A stretch of DNA of 48,712 nucleotides from Clostridia bacterium (GTDB lineage Bacteria > CBDUZB01 > JAGLHV01). The position numbers and the translations under genes were made by a program. Of the stretch, positions 45,138-48,712 are shown in pieces. The notes under the pieces are model-generated. The model had not been told where the DNA came from. It did no database searches and saw only the letters and a program-made list of their open reading frames with translations. Location: contig DAOVVV010000021.1 in the NCBI GenBank assembly GCA_030637025.1, forward strand, positions 1 through 48,712, read 5' to 3'. The stretch's first letter is position 1. Every line of letters begins with the position of its first letter.

Positions 45138-47822
45138 TTATTTCCCACAACATTTTTTATATTTCTTTCCACTCCCACAAGGGCAAGGATCATTACGACC
45201 GATTTTAGAAGAACTTTTCAGGGGAGAAGAAGAAGAAGAAGAAGAAGAAGAAGATGATGATGATGATGGTGAAGAAGAAGAAGAGGGAGATGCTATTGAA
45301 GGAGAAGGGGCGGAAGAAGAAAATGGTGATGAAAAAATAATTGATTCCTCTGAATTAGTAAAACGGGAAGCAGTCCCTGCTCCTTCTTTCACTAATTGCA
45401 TATTAAAAAGATATTCTACCGTCTCTTCGCTAATACGGTTCATCATATTCACAAACATATTATAAGATTCACGCTGGTATTCTATTAAAGGATCTTTGTG
45501 TCCGTAAGCACGTAAAGATATACCCTTTCTTACCTGATCCAGGTTATAAAGATGTTCTTTCCAACAAGTATCAATCATTTGTAACATTATCATCCGTTCC
45601 AAATTTCTCATCATATTTAAACCTAAATTTTTCTCTCTTTCATTATAAACATTGTTAATTGACTCTTTTAAAATTTCTTTTAATTGACTTATTTTTTTTA
45701 TTTTTTCAATATCTTCTCCTAAAGAAAAATTTATATTAAATGTTCGTTTTAACCAACTATTTATCCCCTGCCAATTCCATTCTTCAGGATATCTTTTTGA
45801 CGAAGTATACAATTCTAATTTTTCATCTATTAAATCATCTATCATTTTCCAGATTTCTTCTCTTAAATCTTCTCCTTCTATTATTATATCTCTTTGATTA
45901 TAAACAACCTCCCGTTGTTTATTCATTACATTATCAAATTCTAACAAACGTTTTCTTACATCAAAATTTGCCGCCTCCACCCTGCTTTGAGCCATTTGAA
46001 TTATTTTAGAAAGAAACGTACTTTCTAAATTCTGGCCTTTTTCCCACGGTAATTTATCCATTAAATGTAATTTATCCTGGGCAAATAAACGCATTAACTC
46101 ATCTTCTAATGACAAATAAAAACGAGATGACCCCGGATCACCCTGTCTACCTGAGCGTCCTCTCAACTGATTATCAATACGCCTTGATTCATGCCGTTCT
46201 GTCCCTAAAATATGTAATCCTTCCAACTCAACAACCTCTTTATATTCTTCAGGATTCGACGGATTTCCACCTAAAACAATATCTGTTCCTCTGCCAGCCA
46301 TATTAGTAGCAATAGTCACAGCCCCTTTTCTACCCGCCTGCGAAATAATTTCCGCTTCGCGTTGATGATATTTTGCGTTTAAAACATTATGCACAATCCC
46401 TTTTCTTTTAAGAATCATCCCCAGTCGTTCACTCTTTTCTATCGAACGGGTACCGACTAGAACAGGCCTTCCTTTTTTATATAGTTCCTCAATTTCAGAA
46501 ATTATAGCCTCATCTTTTTCTTTTTCCGTTTTATAAATTACATCAGCATAACCAATTCGAATTAAAGGTTTATTAGTAGGGATTTCCACAACATCTAATT
46601 TATAAATCTCCCAGAATTCCGCTGCTTCAGTAACTGCGGTTCCGGTCATTCCTGCTAATTTTTTATAAAGGCGAAAAAAATTCTGAAAGGTAACTGTAGC
46701 CAGAGTCTGATTTTCTTCGGCAATTTTCAAATTTTCTTTGGCCTCTATTGCCTGATGCAGTCCTTCACTCCACCTCCGGCCAGGCATTAACCTTCCCGTA
46801 AATTCATCAACAATAATTACCTCTCCATCTTTAATTACATAATCTACATCCCTCTTAAATAAATTATGCGCCCTTAAAGCCTGACTTATATGATGTGTCC
46901 ATTCCGACTGAATATCATCATAAAGATTCTCTACATTTAATAAACTTTCCACCTTAGTAATCCCTTCCTCGGTCAAAACAGCCGTTTGAGCCTTTTGGTC
47001 TATTAAAAAATCAAAACCTTTACCTAAATCCACATCTTCATGTTTTGCTTCTATTTCTTCTGTTTCTGTAATAAATTTTCCTTTTAAACGGGGAATTAGG
47101 CGATTGACAATATAATATTTATCCGTAGATTCTTCAGCTGGGCCTGAAATAATTAAAGGGGTTCTGGCTTCATCAACAAGAATACTGTCCACCTCATCTA
47201 TAATTGCATAATGGTGCTCCGTTAATATGCGGTCTTCCTTTGTTACCATCATATTATTACGTAAATAATCAAATCCTGCTTCATTATTAGTCACATAAAC
47301 AACATCACATTTATAAGCTTCTCTCCGTTGACGATTATTCATATTGTGTTGAATTACCCCCACCGTCAATCCTAAAAACTTATAGACGGGACCCATCCAC
47401 TCACTATCACGTTTAACCAGATAATCATTTACTGTGACTAAATGAACCCCTTTACCGGTTAAACTATTTAAAAAGAAAGGTAAAGTGGCTACCAATGTCT
47501 TTCCTTCCCCTGTTTTCATCTCAGCAATCTTCCCCTGGTGTAAAACAATACCACCCACTAACTGAACATCAAAATGCCTCATATTTAAAGTTCTTTTAGC
47601 CACTTCCCGCACACAGGCATAAGCTTCCGGGAGAAGCTCATCCAATGTTTCCCCTTGTTGATAACGGGTTTTAAATTCTTCTGTTTTTTTTGCTAATTTA
47701 TCATCGGTCAAAGAAATAAAATACGGTTCTAATTTATTAATTGAATCAACTATTAGTTGCAACTTTTTAATATCCCGGTTTTTTTTACTTCCAATAATTT
47801 TATATAAAAGCCATTTAATCAT
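45138..47822 (-). CDS. secA: Preprotein translocase SecA
   Basis: MKTGEGKT, DEVDSILVDEARTPLIISG, IATNMAGRGTDI, C-terminal SEC-C GRNDPCPCGSGKKYKKCCG. Confidence 0.98.
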   Translation of the reverse strand: MIKWLLYKIIGSKKNRDIKKLQLIVDSINKLEPYFISLTDDKLAKKTEEFKTRYQQGETLDELLPEAYACVREVAKRTLNMRHFDVQLVGGIVLHQGKIAEMKTGEGKTLVATLPFFLNSLTGKGVHLVTVNDYLVKRDSEWMGPVYKFLGLTVGVIQHNMNNRQRREAYKCDVVYVTNNEAGFDYLRNNMMVTKEDRILTEHHYAIIDEVDSILVDEARTPLIISGPAEESTDKYYIVNRLIPRLKGKFITETEEIEAKHEDVDLGKGFDFLIDQKAQTAVLTEEGITKVESLLNVENLYDDIQSEWTHHISQALRAHNLFKRDVDYVIKDGEVIIVDEFTGRLMPGRRWSEGLHQAIEAKENLKIAEENQTLATVTFQNFFRLYKKLAGMTGTAVTEAAEFWEIYKLDVVEIPTNKPLIRIGYADVIYKTEKEKDEAIISEIEELYKKGRPVLVGTRSIEKSERLGMILKRKGIVHNVLNAKYHQREAEIISQAGRKGAVTIATNMAGRGTDIVLGGNPSNPEEYKEVVELEGLHILGTERHESRRIDNQLRGRSGRQGDPGSSRFYLSLEDELMRLFAQDKLHLMDKLPWEKGQNLESTFLSKIIQMAQSRVEAANFDVRKRLLEFDNVMNKQREVVYNQRDIIIEGEDLREEIWKMIDDLIDEKLELYTSSKRYPEEWNWQGINSWLKRTFNINFSLGEDIEKIKKISQLKEILKESINNVYNEREKNLGLNMMRNLERMIMLQMIDTCWKEHLYNLDQVRKGISLRAYGHKDPLIEYQRESYNMFVNMMNRISEETVEYLFNMQLVKEGAGTASRFTNSEESIIFSSPFSSSAPSPSIASPSSSSSPSSSSSSSSSSSSSSPLKSSSKIGRNDPCPCGSGKKYKKCCGK

Positions 47823-48005
47823 TTTTCTCTCCGTATTTTATAGTAAACTCTTTTTTTGTTTTTAATAAGTCATTAAATTTTTTCTATTATACAATATGAA
47901 TTTACGTATTTAATAAGATTTATTTTAGCACATTTCCTCTAAAAAGTAAACCCAAACTATCTTCCGGTAAATTTAAGAAAAAATAAAACTTCACACCTTT
48001 GCAAT

Positions 48006-48047
48006 AAAAAAGCCCTCCTAAATAAAAAATTTAGGAAGGCTTTTTTT
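48006..48047 (-). terminator. Terminator downstream of the csp array
   Basis: AAAAAAGCCCTCCTAAAT...ATTTAGGAAGGCTTTTTTT. Confidence 0.75.
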
Positions 48048-48068
48048 GGACTAGTAGTATATATTTAT

Positions 48069-48269
48069 CTATATCTTAACTACATTAGAAGCTTTAGGTC
48101 CCCGGTCAGAATCTTCTACATCAAATTCTACCGCATCACCCTCAACAAGCGTCTTAAAACCATTGCCCCCAATAGAAGAATAATGTACAAATACATCTCC
48201 TGAACCATCATCCCGCTCAATAAATCCGAATCCTTTGGATTCATTAAACCATTTTACTTTTCCTTTCAT
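48069..48269 (-). CDS. Cold-shock protein
   Basis: [21 protein letters not shown]. Confidence 0.96.
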   Translation of the reverse strand: MKGKVKWFNESKGFGFIERDDGSGDVFVHYSSIGGNGFKTLVEGDAVEFDVEDSDRGPKASNVVKI

Positions 48270-48366
48270 CTTTTTGAATCTCCTTTCTTTAAAAATTCCA
48301 GAGAAATAATTCTAAAAATAAAACCACCCTCTTTTTCTAACTTAATAAAAATATTGTACTTTGAAT

Positions 48367-48567
48367 TTATATTTTCACTATATTCAAAGCTTTAGGTCCC
48401 CGGTCGGAATTTTCTACGTCAAATTCTACCGCATCACCTTCAGCAAGGGTCTTAAATCCATCCCCACCAATAGAAGAATAATGTGCAAATACATCTCCTG
48501 AACCATCATCCTGTTCAATAAACCCGAATCCTTTGGATTCATTAAACCATTTTACTTTTCCTTTCAT
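48367..48567 (-). CDS. Cold-shock protein
   Basis: Near-identical tandem copy. Confidence 0.96.
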   Translation of the reverse strand: MKGKVKWFNESKGFGFIEQDDGSGDVFAHYSSIGGDGFKTLAEGDAVEFDVENSDRGPKALNIVKI

Positions 48568-48667
48568 CTTTTCTAATCTCCTTTCTTTAAAAATTTCAGA
48601 GAACCGGTTTTATAACACAAAACCCCTTCTCTTTTTCTAACCTTAATAAAAATATTGTACTTTGAAT

Positions 48668-48712
48668 TTATATTTTCACTATATTCAAAGCTTTAGGTCC
48701 CCGGTCAGAATC
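48668..48712 (-). CDS. Cold-shock protein, third copy (3' end only)
   Basis: Encodes ...[14 protein letters not shown]; same spacer as between copies 1 and 2. Confidence 0.85.
   Translation of the reverse strand, partial: DSDRGPKALNIVKI

Noticed and set aside
45130-45465. Acidic E/D-rich 111-aa ORF
   Set aside because: Antisense shadow of the SecA poly-Ser tract.
1844-46306. Remaining short ORFs antisense or out-of-frame within long genes
   Set aside because: Contained in well-supported genes and showing typical shadow-ORF composition.

Overview
AT-rich chromosomal region of a diderm bacterium (TonB-dependent receptors, Lnt, heptose epimerase). The taxon cannot be fixed from sequence alone; the gene style is reminiscent of Elusimicrobiota-like or candidate lineages (inference). 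Most genes are on the minus strand. Left to right: a partial HTH gene; a cobalamin-riboswitch-controlled btuF-btuC-btuD-btuB operon; an accessory block (second Lnt, YjbQ, ThiI/MnmA-like PP-loop enzyme, DsrE, Ni/Co transporter + DUF1007, HAD, beta-barrel/MMPL/LolA-like trio, orphan MNT); ilvE, glgA, galT; two O-antigen-ligase/TPR genes; tRNA-Thr and tRNA-Phe; hldD, thyX; a partly deleted tandem duplication of an SBP/TonB-receptor unit; then two pfk genes, accA, purE, greA, lnt, secA and a tandem csp array. No transposase, integrase or CRISPR array was found. The most unusual signal is non-coding: (i) modular arrays of different short tandem repeats joined by AAAGAC-like linkers in a conserved order, plus GTAG-type REP hairpins, so that every junction of the btu operon carries a repeat element and a perfect 69-bp inverted repeat brackets btuD; (ii) nested miniature elements with recognisable target-site duplications.
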